Assembly: GCF_006345805.1 (NCBI RefSeq)
Contig: NC_043010.1
Span: 52,948,001 to 53,011,922, forward strand
Length of the DNA stretch: 63,922 bases
Reading direction: 5' to 3'
Origin: Octopus sinensis
Lineage: Eukaryota
The stretch's first letter is position 1; each line of letters begins with the position of its first letter. A program made the position numbers and the translations under genes. Shown in pieces: positions 10,125-23,370 of the stretch. The notes under the pieces were generated by a model. That model was not told where the DNA came from. It searched no databases and saw only the letters and a list, made by a program, of their open reading frames with translations.

Positions 10125-10490
10125 AGGGAGAGCGAGAGAGATTGGGAGGAAGGGAGAGGAGAAAAGGAGAGACGGACAGAGAGAGAGGAGTGGAGAGGGG
10201 AAAAGGAGAGAGAGGAGTGGAGAGGGGAAAAGGAGAGAGAAAGAGAGAGAGAAGTGGAGAGGGGAAAAGGAGAGAGAGAGAGAGACGAGTGGAGAGGGGA
10301 AAGGAGAGAGGAGTGGAGAGGGGAAAAGGAGAGAGAGAGAGAGAGAGGAGTGGAGAGGGGAAAAGGAGAGAGAGAGAGAGAGAGAAAGGAGTGGAGAGGG
10401 GAAAAGGAGAGAGAGAGAAAGGAGTGGAGAGGGGAAAAGGAGAGAGAGAGAAGGAGTGGAGAGGGGAAAAGGAGAGAGAGGGAGAGAAAG
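10125..10490 (+). repeat. Polypurine minisatellite (gagtggagaggggaaaaggagagag)n
   Basis: About 9 units of 22-40 bp. Confidence 0.9.
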
Positions 10491-10740
10491 TGAAAGACGA
10501 CTTGAAATAAACAAAGAAACTGACGGGTGTATGTATGTATGTATGTATGTATGTATGTATGTGTGTATGTATGTATGTATGTATGTATGTATGTATGTAT
10601 GTATGTGTGTGTATGTGTGTGTCTTGATGTTTGTTTTTATATTCAATTACAATAAAAACAATTTTTTACATTAATCTGATGGTTGCAGTATACTTTTGTT
10701 TGAGTACATACAAATTTATCATTCTTCAACAAAAAAAAGT

Positions 10741-10827
10741 ATTGGACAGAGAGTTCGAAGTTTCGGCTGGCTAAGCCATCGTCGGACGATTGCTTCACTG
10801 GCCGAAACTTCGAAGTCCACTGTCAAT
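10741..10827. mobile_element. Small fold-back of two HHR 3' halves
   Basis: ttcgaagtttcggc...atcgtc-g-gacgat...gccGAAACttcgaaGTC; palindrome centred at about 10784 inside the (CT)GACGA core. Confidence 0.6.
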
Positions 10828-10899
10828 AAATAATATTCTTAAGAATGATAAGTATCTATCTCTCTGACACATACATATACACACGCGGATATATGTGTG

Positions 10900-10908
10900 T
10901 AGATAGGG

Positions 10909-10994
<86 letters not shown>

Positions 10995-10996
10995 GG

Positions 10997-11031
<35 letters not shown>

Positions 11032-11152
11032 TAGATATAAAGGGATACATAGAGATAGATAGATAGATAGAGAGAGAGGGATAGAGATAGATAGATATAT
11101 ATAGAGATAGAGAGAGATAGGTAGATAGACAGATAGATAAATAGATAGATAG

Positions 11153-11214
<62 letters not shown>

Positions 11215-11405
11215 GATAGATAGACAGATAGATATAGATAGATAGATAGACAGATAGATATAGATAGATATATATATAGAGAGAGAGAGATATAAAGGGA
11301 TACATAGAGATAGATAGATAGATAGAGAGGGATAGAGATAGATAGATATATATAGATATATAGATATATATATATAGAGAGAGAGATATAGAGGGATACA
11401 TAGAT

Positions 11406-11495
<90 letters not shown>
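10900..11495. repeat. (GATA)n compound microsatellite
   Basis: Direct inspection. Confidence 0.95.
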
Positions 11496-11782
11496 GCGTA
11501 CAGGCCTGTTGGCGCGTGTCTATGTATGCCGTATGCGTCTGTATGACAGAAATGATATAACTTATTCATGCATGTAAATTTATCGATCTATCGCATGTGT
11601 ATATATGCGATATATATATTTATAAAGTTGAAAAACAATTGTTTATACGAAGTGTCTATATGTTTATGTATGTATATTCTCAAGTATATATATTTTGAGC
11701 ATCTGTGTGTATGTTTGTATGCATGTGTGTGCTGAAGGCACGCGTATGTTTAGTGTGTGCCAATATGTGTGTGTATGTGTAC

Positions 11783-11832
<50 letters not shown>

Positions 11833-12061
11833 ATAATATATATATATATATATATATGTGTGTGCATATAGACATACGTACGTACAAATCTCTATATTCA
11901 TATATTCGTTTGTGTATATTATGTTTCATCAATGAATTCATGTAAAGTGTAAGAATCAAAATACCTGTTTTCCTCAGAAATGTTTACATGTAAACACACA
12001 AACATGCACACTAAGTTTTCAAAACACTATCCATGTACTATCCACACACACACACGTGTAT

Positions 12062-12106
12062 ATACATACATACATACATACATACATACATACATACATA
12101 CATACA

Positions 12107-12139
<33 letters not shown>

Positions 12140-12174
12140 GCATACATACATACATACATACATACATACATACA

Positions 12175-12202
<28 letters not shown>
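12062..12202. repeat. (TACA)n microsatellite
   Basis: Direct inspection. Confidence 0.95.
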
Positions 12203-12205
<3 letters not shown>

Positions 12206-12891
12206 GTATATAATTTTCATTGACATATTAGTATATATAGGTACAAGAGACAATGATGTAGCATGCAAAATATCTGCTTACCTGCATGTATAAAATTTGT
12301 TAATTATCCTTAAATACACCGCGTGTTGATTGTGAATCTGCAAAATTGTTCATCAGTAACAATGTCCTCTTCGTGTTATCATTTTGTGATGTATATAGCC
12401 ATTCGCTTATCTAACAAATTCATGCATATATATTATATATATAACTGTATTTTTCTCTATATATTTTCATGCATATACGCGAAGGAGCATATAGAATATA
12501 TATTTGTTTATATTTAAGTATGTATGTGTAGTTTTGCACATCCTGTTGGTGAGTTTTCAAACTTTTAAATTGTTTGTACAAAACTTTTTCACTGACTTTT
12601 TTTTCTTCTCCTTTTTCCTTCTTCTACTTCTTTTATCTTCTTCGCCCTTTTCCCTCTTAAATTAATTGAATAACATAAATAAATAGGATAGATAGATGGA
12701 TAGATAGGTAGATAGATAAATAAATAAATAGATAGATAAATATTTAATTAATTAAATAGAAATAAATACATTACAAAATTAAATTATTTATAAATAAATA
12801 CAAATAAACGAATGAATGTTTTTGTGTGTTTGTCTGTATGCTTATGTATATATTTGCATGCATGTTAGTTTACATAACAAATACATACATA

Positions 12892-12953
<62 letters not shown>

Positions 12954-13369
12954 GTATGTATATGTATATATATCAGTATATGTGTGTTTATGAATATTTC
13001 AAAATATCATTTAAATGTATAACACGTATATACATATCTACATCCATTCACACATATATATATATATGTGTGTGTGTCTGTGTGAGCATATATATGTGTA
13101 TATATAATAATATTACATCATATTATATTATTTTTTTTATATATGTTAAGTATTATTTATATGTATAAATGCAGGTTGGGTACTCCGGGGTCTCTAACAA
13201 AGCCCAAGTTAACACTTTGTTTGCAATAAGCTTGTACAGTATATTTTATACATAAAAGATTTGTCCCTTCTTAATTTTGCTCTTCGCTGACTGGCTGGCG
13301 AACAAAAGCCGCCACCAGGCCCACGATTGACTATACACAATAAAGCTCAACATTATTATCAGTGGTTAT

Positions 13370-14910
13370 CAGCAGCAGCAGCAGCCGTAGAAGACGAAAA
13401 CTGCACCGACGACATCACCACCACCACCGCCGCCGCCGCCATTGTCATGAACGCCATCACCACCGCCGCCGCCGTTACCACCGCCGTCGCCACCACCATC
13501 ACCATCACCACGACGACTGCATCCCCCTCCATCGTCTTCGAAGCAACTTACACCGCCTCCGCCGCCACCACTAGCCCCAGCACCAACCGTCACCACTAAG
13601 CTCCGACACCCCATGGTCACTAACAACGCCACCGCCGTCATCACCGCCAACACTACCACCACCACCACAACCACAACCACCACCACCACCACCACTACCA
13701 CCGCCACCACTAGCTCCGACACCATGGTCACTAACAACGCCACCGCCATCATCGCCGCCAAGACACTACCACCACCACCACAACCACCACTACCACCGCC
13801 ACCACTAGCCCCAGCACCAACCGTCACCACTAAGCTCCGACACCCCATGGTCACTAACAACGCCACCGCCGTCATCACCGCCAACACTACCACCACCACC
13901 ACAACCACAACCACCACCACCACCACCACTACCACCGACACCATGGTCACTAACAACGCCACCGCCATCATCGCCGCCAAGACACTACCACCACCACCAC
14001 AACCACCACCACCACCACTACCACTAGCCCCAGCACCAACCGTCACCACTAAGCTCCGACACCCCATGGTCACTAACAACGCCACCGCCGTCATCGCCGC
14101 CAACACACCACCACCACCACCACCACCACAACCACTACTGCATTCAATATCTTCAACTCCAGCATCGCCATTGCCACCACCGCCGCCATTATCCCTCGCC
14201 AACACCACCGTCACCATCCGTGCACCCACCCCAACACCACCACCGTCGACGCTATCCCTAACACCAACGTTATCATTAACCGCCCCCCACCCCTACCCGA
14301 CACCACCGTCACTATCGCCACCCTCACTGCACCACCACCACCACCATCGCCATTACCTTCAACACCACCGACACCACTACCCCAACACCATCGCCACCAC
14401 ATCTCCAACACCACCATCGTCACTACCCACCCACCCGACACTACCATCAAACGTCATCACCAGCGCCCGACACCACGACCACCATCACCACCACAACCAC
14501 TACCACCACCTCCACCACCACCACCTCCACCACCACCACCTCCACTACCACCACCACTACTGCTACTACTACTGCCCATACCACAACTAACAATGCCCAT
14601 GAAAGTCTTTTACACTTTCACTATGTTATTCAACTACAATACTAACAACAATTGACCATGACCACTAACAAAATCATCATCACCATAACAATAACAACAG
14701 CGGTTACTATACTGCAACCATCACTACCATCATTAGCAGCACTACCACCACTTATCGTTAACACCTCCACTACATTCAGAACCACCACCACCACCACAAC
14801 TACCACAACTACAAACATCTTCACACTCACCAAAGTAACAATGAGTACCACACACTACCACCTCAACCACAGCATCACCACCACTCCCACTATTACGACA
14901 CTAGCTATCA
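13370..14910. repeat. CAC-rich low-complexity region with about 230-240-bp tandem duplications (13560-14140)
   Basis: ccatggtcactaacaacgccaccgcc recurs 5 times; the Thr/Pro/His ORFs reflect the repeat. Confidence 0.85.
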
Positions 14911-15192
14911 CTGCAACTGACTGTGAGAGGTGGGGCCTTTAGCCAATTGCTTAATGTGCTTGAAATAGTGCTGAGCATAGCTGTGTAGGTGAAGGCAATG
15001 TTTGTGGGGTTAAATAACTCCCTTTGTGACCATGTGGTTTTAGGTTCAGTCCCACTGCGCAGCACCTTGGGTAAATTTCATCTATTATAGCCCCAGGCCA
15101 ACAGAGCTAACCAGAGTATTATTAGCAGATTAGGGGAGCAGAAACTGTGTGGAAGTCAATCATGTGTGCATATATATAAATATATATATATA

Positions 15193-15490
15193 TCATCATC
15201 ATCATCATCATCATTTAGCGTCCGCTTACCATACTAGCATTGGTTGGACAGTTCAACTGGGGTCTGGGAAGCCAGAAGGCTGCACCAGGCCCAGTCTGAT
15301 CTGGCAATGTTTCTACGGCTGGATGCCCTTCCTAACGCCAACCACTCCGTGAGTGTAGTGGGTGCTTTTTACGTGCCAGATGGGGCTGGCAAACGGCCAC
15401 GGTCGGATGGTGCTTTTTATGTGCCACTGGCACAGGGGCCAGGCGAGGCTGGCAAACGGCCACGGTCAGATGGTGCTTTTTACGTGCCAG
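15193..15490 (-). mobile_element. SINE family C
   Basis: (CAT)n tail and ggatgcccttcctaacgcc motif. Confidence 0.85.
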
Positions 15491-15491
15491 G

Positions 15492-16650
15492 GGTGGCTAT
15501 GTGATAAGAAGCTTGCTCCCCAACCACATGGTTCCGGGTTCAATCCCACTGTATGGCACTTTGGGCAAGTGTCTTCTACTATAGTCTTGGGCCGACCAAA
15601 TCCTTGTGAGTGGATTTGTTTGATGGTAACTGAAAGAAACCCAGCCACAAAGAGGAGACCATTGAATAACATAATCGAATGGCTGAAACATGTAAAAAAA
15701 TAAATGGATAAAAAAAAAATCAAATAAACAAACGATAAAATTAACAATACCAAACAGTGGCTGTGTGGTAAGTAACTTGCTTACCAACCACATGGTTCCG
15801 GTTTCAGTCCCACTGCGAGACACCTTGGTCAAGTGTCTGCTACTATAGCCTCGGGCTGACCAAAGCCTTGTGAGTGAATTTGGTAGATGGAAACTGAAAG
15901 AAGCCCATCGTATATATGTATGTATACATATATATATGTATGTGTGTGTGTATATAATTGTGTGTCCGTGTTAGTCTCCCCAACATCGCTTGACAACCGA
16001 TGCTGGCGTTGTTCGGCAAAAGAGACTGATAGAATAAGTACCAGGCTTACAAAGAATAAGTCCTGGGGTTGATTTGCTTTGCTCGACTAAAGGTGGTGCT
16101 CCAGCATGGCCACAGTCAAATGACTGAAACAAATAAATGAGTAAAAAAGTAAGAAATGTATTAGTTTGAGGCTCTGTAAAAAGAGAGAGTTTTTGATGTT
16201 TCGAGCATAGCCTCTTCATCTGAAAAAAAAAGGGAAAAGTCTAAAGAGGGAAGTGTATATGTGTATCTTTGTGTTCATGCTCCTCCTTACTTGATAAGCT
16301 GTGTTGGTTTGTTTATTTCCCTGTAACTTAGCAGTTTGGTGAAAGAGACCAATAAAATAAGTGCCAAATGATTTGTTCGCTTACCCTTCAAGGTGGTGCT
16401 GCAGTATGGGCATATTCCACACAGTGAAACAAGCAAAAGCAAAGCAGCAGAAACAGATCTTTAAATTGCACCTGAATATCTAAAAGATTTGAGAAATCAT
16501 TTAACATTGAACACAGGTGCAAGTGTGACTGTGTGGTAGGAAGTTTGTTTCCCAGCCACATGGTTCTGGGTTCAGTCTCACTGCGTGGCACCTTGGAGCA
16601 AGTGTCTTCTACTATAGCCTCGGGCTAACTAAAGTCCTGTGAATGGATTT
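15492..16650 (+). mobile_element. Run of SINE family A copies and fragments (15492-15645, 15757-16145, 16270-16435, 16515-16650)
   Basis: tRNA head gtggctgtgtggtaag...ggttcagtccc plus CORE-like ccttgggcaagtgtcttct. Confidence 0.85.
16191..16226 (-). ncRNA. Degenerate minimal hammerhead motif
   Basis: tttt-CaGATGA-agag(gctatg)ctc-GAAAC-aTC-aaaa; two substitutions, probably inactive. Confidence 0.45.
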
Positions 16651-16792
16651 AACCACTTTGTGGGTAGTAAAGAAATAGTTATTTTGTCTGTCTTTACGTT
16701 CCGAGTTCAAATTCCACTGAGGTTGACTTTGCCTTTCATCTTCTTAGGGACAATACATTAAATACCAGTTGCATACTGGGGTCAATCTAATC

Positions 16793-17191
16793 AGGAGTGG
16801 CTGTGTGATAAGTAGCTTGCTAACCAACCACATGGTTCTGGGTTCAGTCCCACTGCGTGGCATCTTGGGCAAGTGTCTTCTGCTATAGCACCGGGCCAAC
16901 CAATGCCTTGTGAATGGATTTGGTAGACGGAAACTGAAAGAAGCCTGTCGTATATATGTATATATATGTATATGTGTATGTGTGTGTGTTTGTCCCCCTA
17001 GCATTGCTTGACAACCGATGCTGGTGTGTTTACGTCTCCGTCACTTAGCGGTTCGGCAAAATAGACCGATAGAATAAGTACTGGGCTTACAAAGAATAAG
17101 TCCCGGGGTCAATTTGCTCGACTAAAGGTGGTGCTCCAGCATGGCCACAGTCAAATGACTGAAACAAGTAAAAGAGTAAAAGAGTAAAAGA
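16793..17191 (+). mobile_element. Near full-length SINE family A (tRNA head, CORE-like domain, (gtaaaaga)n tail) nested in a family B copy
   Basis: Host B sequence ...gtcaatctaatc | gactggtcc... resumes at 17192. Confidence 0.9.
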
Positions 17192-17257
17192 GACTGGTCC
17201 TTCCCCACCAAATTTTAGGCCTTGTTCCTCGAGTAGAAAAGAATATTTCTTTTGTTC

Positions 17258-17473
17258 AAGGTGGTGAGCTGGCAGAAATGTTAGCATGCCGGGCCAAACG
17301 CTTAGTGGTATTTTGTCTGTCTTTATACTCCGAGTTCAAATTCTCCAAGGTCAACTTTGCCTTTCATGCTTTTGAGATCGATAAATTAAGTACCAGTTGC
17401 GTACTGGTGTTGATCTAATCGACTGGGCCCCTCCCCAAAAATTTCAGGCCTTGTGCCTAGAGTAGAAAAGAAT
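17258..17473 (+). mobile_element. Full-length SINE family B
   Basis: aaggtggtgagctggcagaaatgttagc head to ccttgtgcctagagtagaaaaga tail. Confidence 0.9.
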
Positions 17474-17807
17474 ATTTTTCTTGTTCATTTCCCTTTTCCC
17501 TCTTTCTCTCCCCGCTTTCTAAAATGAATAAACAAATCAAATATGAAAAAAATCTCATAGTCCCTTTCAATTTTGGGAGGGCAACATCGGGTCCTGAATA
17601 TGGTCTTGTTTCACTTTGCAAAAATTAGATATGTCTTTTTTTATTGTCAAACATATGAGGCATCTGGTTTGAGGATAATGCATGTCATGTGACCACTTTC
17701 TCCTTTTCTCCATTAATTTTAAACATTATGCAAAATTAAAATGAAACAATATCAACTCCTACATCACTCGCAACATTATCACTATCTCAACTGTCTCTCG
17801 CAGTCAT

Positions 17808-17822
17808 TGTCTGTCTGTCTGT

Positions 17823-17882
<60 letters not shown>

Positions 17883-18075
17883 ATATATCTATATATATAT
17901 CTATCTATATATCTATCTATCTAATATTTGTTTTTCTATCTATCTATCTATCTATCTGTCTGTCTGTCTGTAGGTCTATCTTCTATCTATCTATCATCTA
18001 TCTATCTATCTGTCGTGTTTATCTGTTATCAATATTTGGTTTTCTATCTATTATGATCTATCTATTATCTAGTAT
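17808..18075. repeat. (TATC)n microsatellite
   Basis: Direct inspection. Confidence 0.9.
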
Positions 18076-18534
18076 CAGTCTATCGATATGCGGTGTGTGG
18101 TAAGTAGCTGCTACCAACACATGGTTTCAAGTTCAGTCCCACTGTGTGGCACTTGGGCAAGTATCTTCTACTATAGCCTCAGGCTAACCGAAGCCTTGTG
18201 AGTGGATTTGGTTGACAGAAACTGAAAGAAGCTCATCACATATATATATGTGTGTGTGTGTGTGTCTGTGTTTGTCCTCCTTGTCATTCTGTCTACCTAC
18301 CTACCTACCTACCTCCCTACCAACCAACCAGCCAACCTATTAACGAATCAATCAATCTGATGAAAGCGTGCAGGTGGAAGCTTCGAAGTCACTGTCAACC
18401 TTTTCCTCTCAGCAAAGTTAATAAATATTTACTCCACCAAAAATTATTCAGCAATCCTTCAGCTGAATGCTAAAACTGTTTTCCTACATAACAGTACATA
18501 AAAACAGACTTTAATAGGTGCATACATACATGCC

Positions 18535-18568
<34 letters not shown>

Positions 18569-19301
18569 GTATGTGAATAATACATATGCGTGTCTTAATC
18601 AGAACACAATAAATTATGCTATTTTAACAAAAATATATTACTTTTGAAAAATAAAATATCAAGTATTTTGCAGCTGTTATACTTTTATTTTAAATTCAAA
18701 ATTCTATTTCTATTTTTTGGTGAATTTTTTCTACTATTTACAGGTGATGAGATCTCTAATTAATCAATTTTTGTATTTCTATGTTTGGTTGATTATGATA
18801 TGAATATTTTATATAGGTGTAGTTATTGTAGTTGGGTGGTAAGAAGTTTGTTTGCCAACTATGTGATTCTAGGTTCACTCTCTCTCTGTGCTTCTGTACC
18901 ATGGGACCACCAAAATATGATAAATAGAAACTGGAAGAAGCTCATATGTATATATATATATACATATGAAGCCTAGAGAAACACCCAAGTACCTCAATTT
19001 CATCTACTAATTACTTCAGTCTACTGGAGGGATAAAAGTAGAATGAAGTATTTTTGCCTCTTGGCTGAAACAGGTGTAAAATATTTTCCCATCTTATATT
19101 CCTGTATGTTATATATTTTAATAATTACTGGTATCTTTATATATTAATATATTTTATATGTAAAGCATAATATGTTATACAAGTATGTATATTCTTGTAA
19201 TTGTCATTTTAGTAAATAAATAAATTGACATAATATGTCAAAAAGTTGATGAACCACCTATTCATCCCCTCCATTTTCTTATTGCTCTCTCTCTCTCTAT
19301 A

Positions 19302-19387
<86 letters not shown>

Positions 19388-19755
19388 TTCTGTGTAAGTT
19401 AGAGGTTGGGAAACCAACCAACTAAGGGATAGTACCTATCCATTATATACTGCTTGTAGTGTACCCAATTATTAATATCCAAGTGCTAGTTATTGCTTGG
19501 CAATCTCACAATTGAGTGTTATATATGGGTAGGGGTAAAAAGTGGTTTGCCCTTAATTTATACGGCAAATAAGAAAATGGAGAGGATACAAAAATGACAT
19601 AGAGCAGCTGGTAGACATTCTAGTATGTCTGTTTATTCCAAAGCATTAGAAAGTATTAGAAGAATACATACACATTGAATAACCATGTGTTACACACACA
19701 TGTACTAATATTACAAAAAAGAGCAAAAGATCAGATTGTCAGAAGGTATGGAGTT

Positions 19756-19878
19756 CCTTACGGTCATTTCTGCTAAGAGGCAAAGAAATCCTCCATGCCA
19801 TCTCCATCTCCTCAGTGTTCTGTAGGGATGGGCAGATAAAGTTTGGATGATGAATGTGCCTCTAGGCTTCTTCAGAGG
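19756..19878 (-). ncRNA. Type I hammerhead with extended stem II
   Basis: cct-CTGAAGA-agcctagaggca...tgcctcttagc-a-GAAA-t-gacc-GTA-agg. Confidence 0.65.
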
Positions 19879-20151
19879 GTCTAAATGGTCGGGAGGGTTA
19901 ATACATATAAGAATCAGTTAACAATAGGTACAGTGTGTTTGACTAATTAAAAGAGCAGAAAAGGAATGGGCGCAAACATGAGGGTGTTAGTGAAGCACAA
20001 CTTAGTAAAATTGTTAGGGTATAGGAAGGGGAATAAGTTAGGGACTTCCCGTGATGTATTCCAAGATCCATGTTATTTCGTCTAATTGTGGATAGGTGGA
20101 TACAGTTGTTCTCAGGAGGAGTTTTTTCAGGAAGGGTGAATTTAGGCAGTA

Positions 20152-20536
20152 CTCTTTTACTTGTTTCAGTCATTTGATTGTGGCCATGCTGGAGCACCGC
20201 CCTAAGTCGAGCAAATCGACCCCAGGACTTATTCTTTGTAAGCCTAGTACTTATTCTATCGTTCTCTTTTGCTGAACTGCTAAGTTACGGGGACATAAAT
20301 ACACCAGCATCGGTTGTCAAGCGATGTTGGGGGGACAAACACTGACACACAAACATATACATACATATATACAATGGGCTTCTTTCAGTTTCTGTCAGCC
20401 AAATCCACTCACAAGGCTTTGGTCAGTCCAAAGCTATAGAAGAAGACACTTGCCCAAGGTGCCACACAGTGTGACTGAATTCAGAACCATGTGGTTGGTA
20501 AGCAAGCTACTTACCGCACAGCCACTCCTGCGCCTA
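20152..20536 (-). mobile_element. Full-length SINE family A
   Basis: Head taggcgcaggagtggctgtg through tail gaaacaagtaaaagag. Confidence 0.9.
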
Positions 20537-21595
20537 GTTCGCATTATGTTTACATAGAAATACAATAGTGGATTTGAAGGTATGGTCCGTGTTACGGTGG
20601 TGAAAGTTTATATGTAAAGTGCCAGTAAGTAGGTGCAACGTTGCAGATGGTATGGCATAAACAGCCTATGATGGTGAACCCATCATGGGAAAATTTGATA
20701 TATAAGTGTACTGATGAGAGTAAGGAACCAGGTGGGACCAAAGTGCAGTGTTAGTGTTCGTTATTTTTTGCCAATCAGCAAGTCTCAGAATCTCTATGTG
20801 TGTGGGTCATGGTCAGTCCTATAACCTAATTGGTCAGCTTTTTGTTTTTTGAAAACCATGACGTGGTTCTGGTCAGTTGATGGTTAACCGATAAAACAAA
20901 TCAAATCAAGACAAAAAGTAAGTAAACCATGGCCATTATGGGCAAGTAAATGAGCAAAATAAAATTAAAACCAAGTAAATAAGTGATTAAGTGCAACAAT
21001 TAAAACAATATGACTAAAGGAGGGGGATCCTAAAGGACAGCATAAGAAAAATTAAAGAATATAAATGTGTAAAAATATAAACATATAAAACATACATCTA
21101 TCAATCGGGGAGGAGCTGGACAGAGGATTCCTTGTTGTCAGAAAGCCGAAGGAGGATTATTTCATGAATTGGGACATATATAGCAATTTTGTATTGACAT
21201 GTATAGCAATTTCGACCTTAAAGTTGTTACTGCATGAGATTCAGCACAATATTCAGCCTGTTGCCATGACCTACACTTCTGATGTAGATGGGGTATCTAA
21301 TATTCACTCAGAAGAATCTAGAACAATCATTCGATGATCAACAGCAGGAGTCATCTTCGGTAATGAAGACTTGTGTACAGTGTCAATAAATGGATCTCCG
21401 TCAGTTCGATGACGTCTATTCCAAACGTTCGATCAGCTCAACTACTTATACAATGAATTATAAGTATAAGCGGTTGAGTATTCCGCAAAGACTTGTAACT
21501 GTAACCTTTGTGTATTTATCGGGCAGAATCAGCGTGACTCAGTGTCTGACACTGTGACAAAACCGTACACTCTAAATTACAGATACAAGCCATCT

Positions 21596-22262
21596 TATTT
21601 CTTTATTGCCAACAAGGGGCTAAACATAGAGGGGCCAAACAAGGACAGACAAAGGGATTCAGTCGATTATATCGACCCCAGTGCGTAATGCGTAACTGGT
21701 ACTTATTTAATCGACTCCGGAAGGATGAAAGGCAAAGTCGACTTCGGCGGAATTTGAACTCAGAACGTAGCGGCAGACGAAATACCTATTTCTTTACTAC
21801 CCACAAGGGCCTATACACAGAGGGGACAAACAAGGACAGACACACGAATTAAGTGGATTACATCGACCCCAGTGCATAACTGGTACTTATTTAATCGACC
21901 CCGAAAGGATGAAAGGCAAAGTCGACCTCGGCGCAATTTTAACTCAGAACGTAGCGGCAGACGAAATACCGCTAAGCATTTCGCCCGGCGTGCTAACCTT
22001 TTCTGCCAGCTCGCCGCCTTACCATAAACAATATTTTTTCTGTGAAAAGTGTGGCGAGCTCGCAGAATCGTTAGCACGCCGGGCAAAATACTTAGTAGCA
22101 TTTCGTCCGTCTTCATGTTCTGCGATCAAATTCCGTCGAAGTCGACCTTGTCTTTCATCCTTTCGAGATGGATAAAGTAAGTACTAGATGAAAACTGGGG
22201 TCAGTGTAATAGACTTAACATCTCCCCCGAACTTGCTGGCCATGTGCCAAAATTTGAAATTA
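21596..22262. mobile_element. SINE family B dimer (21596-22020 minus) plus head-to-head plus copy (22048-22262)
   Basis: Two tandem bodies joined at gaaatacctatttc; divergent copy follows. Confidence 0.9.
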
Positions 22263-22483
22263 ATATTGTTTCTGTGAAACGTCGGAATGGAGATGTAAAA
22301 GTCTCCTTCATTGGAATTGTGAAAGGAGCCTCATATATAAAGATACTAAACGGAGGTGAAATTCGTGGAATCGTTAGAACGTAGAGAAAAAAATTCTTGC
22401 CTTATATCGTTATAACTTTTTTACATTCTGAGTTCAAATACCGCTAAGGGTAACTTCAACGTTCATCCATTTACATAGCAGTG

Positions 22484-22700
22484 GAGGCTCGTAGCTTAGT
22501 GGTTAGGGTGTTGGGCTCATGGTCGTAAGATTGTGGTTTCGATTCCTGGACTGGGCTACGCGTTGTATTCTTGAGCAAAACACGTCATTTGACATTGCTC
22601 CGTTCCTCTCAGCTGGCAAAAATGAGTATTCCTGTGACGAACCGGCGTTTCGTCGTCCAGGTGTGTAATTTGTACGCCATGGAAACCGGGAAATCGGCAA
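22484..22700 (+). mobile_element. SINE family D-related copy
   Basis: gcttagtggttagggtg A-box, ggtttcgattcc B-box, cttgagcaaaacac. Confidence 0.7.
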
Positions 22701-22988
22701 CATTGAATGGCTGTTGGGGTCCATCCGAGTGAAATAGGAATTAAAGAGGTCCATAGGAAGAACATGGTCGAGAACTAGTGCCTTTGCGTTCCTGGTTCAA
22801 ATATCTCTGGGACCAACTTCGCCCTTCAGCCCTTTACGTTCCGATTCCAAATATCTCTGGAACCAACTTTGTCGTTTATCCCTGTACGTCCCGAGTTCAA
22901 ATATTATTGGGACCAACTTTATCTTTCCTCCTTCCGGGGTCGATAACAGAAAGTATTAGTCAAGAACTAATCTCTATTTTAATTTTGT

Positions 22989-23370
22989 GGAGGCGCAATG
23001 GCCCAGTGGTTAGGGCAGCAGACTCGCGGTCATAGGATCGCGGTTTCGATTCCCAGACCGGGCGTTGTGAGTGTTTATTGAGCGAAAACACCTAAAAGCT
23101 CCACGAGGCTCCGGCAGGGGATGGTGGTGATCCCTGCTGTACTCTTTCACCACAACTTTCTCTCACTCTTACTTCCTGTTTCTGTTGTACCTGTATTTCA
23201 AGGGGCCGGCCTTGTCACTCTCTGTGTCACGCTGAATATCCCCGAGAACTACGTTAAGGGTGCACGTGTCTGTGGAGTGCTCAGCCACTTACACGTTAAT
23301 TTCACGAGCATGCTGTTCCGTTGATTCGAATCAACTGGAACCCTCATCGTCGTAACCGACAGAGTGCTTC
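22989..23370 (+). mobile_element. Full-length SINE family D (tRNA-Arg-like head)
   Basis: ggaggcgcaatggcccagtggttagggcagc..ggtttcgattccc head; tail ggaaccctcatcgtcgtaaccgac. Confidence 0.85.

Larger units (their letters stand above)
19385..20620 (-). mobile_element. Penelope-like element 3' remnant (interrupted by SINE A)
   Basis: HHR at 19756-19878 downstream of a degenerate reading frame; terminates in (TA)n. Confidence 0.5.

Noticed and set aside
13613-14590. 325-aa Thr/Pro/His-rich ORF (mucin/extensin-like)
   Set aside because: Product of CAC-triplet repeats and tandem duplication; open on both strands; no signal peptide or splice evidence.
18357-18395. CTGATGA-aagc...gctt-cgaag hammerhead-like motif
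   Set aside because: No GAAA core and no stem I.
20707-20750. ctgatgag...accaaagtgc hammerhead-like motif
   Set aside because: GAAA and NUH triplet missing; too degenerate to call.
22989-23060. Functional tRNA genes at SINE heads
   Set aside because: Heads continue into SINE bodies, lack proper acceptor stems and T-run terminators.
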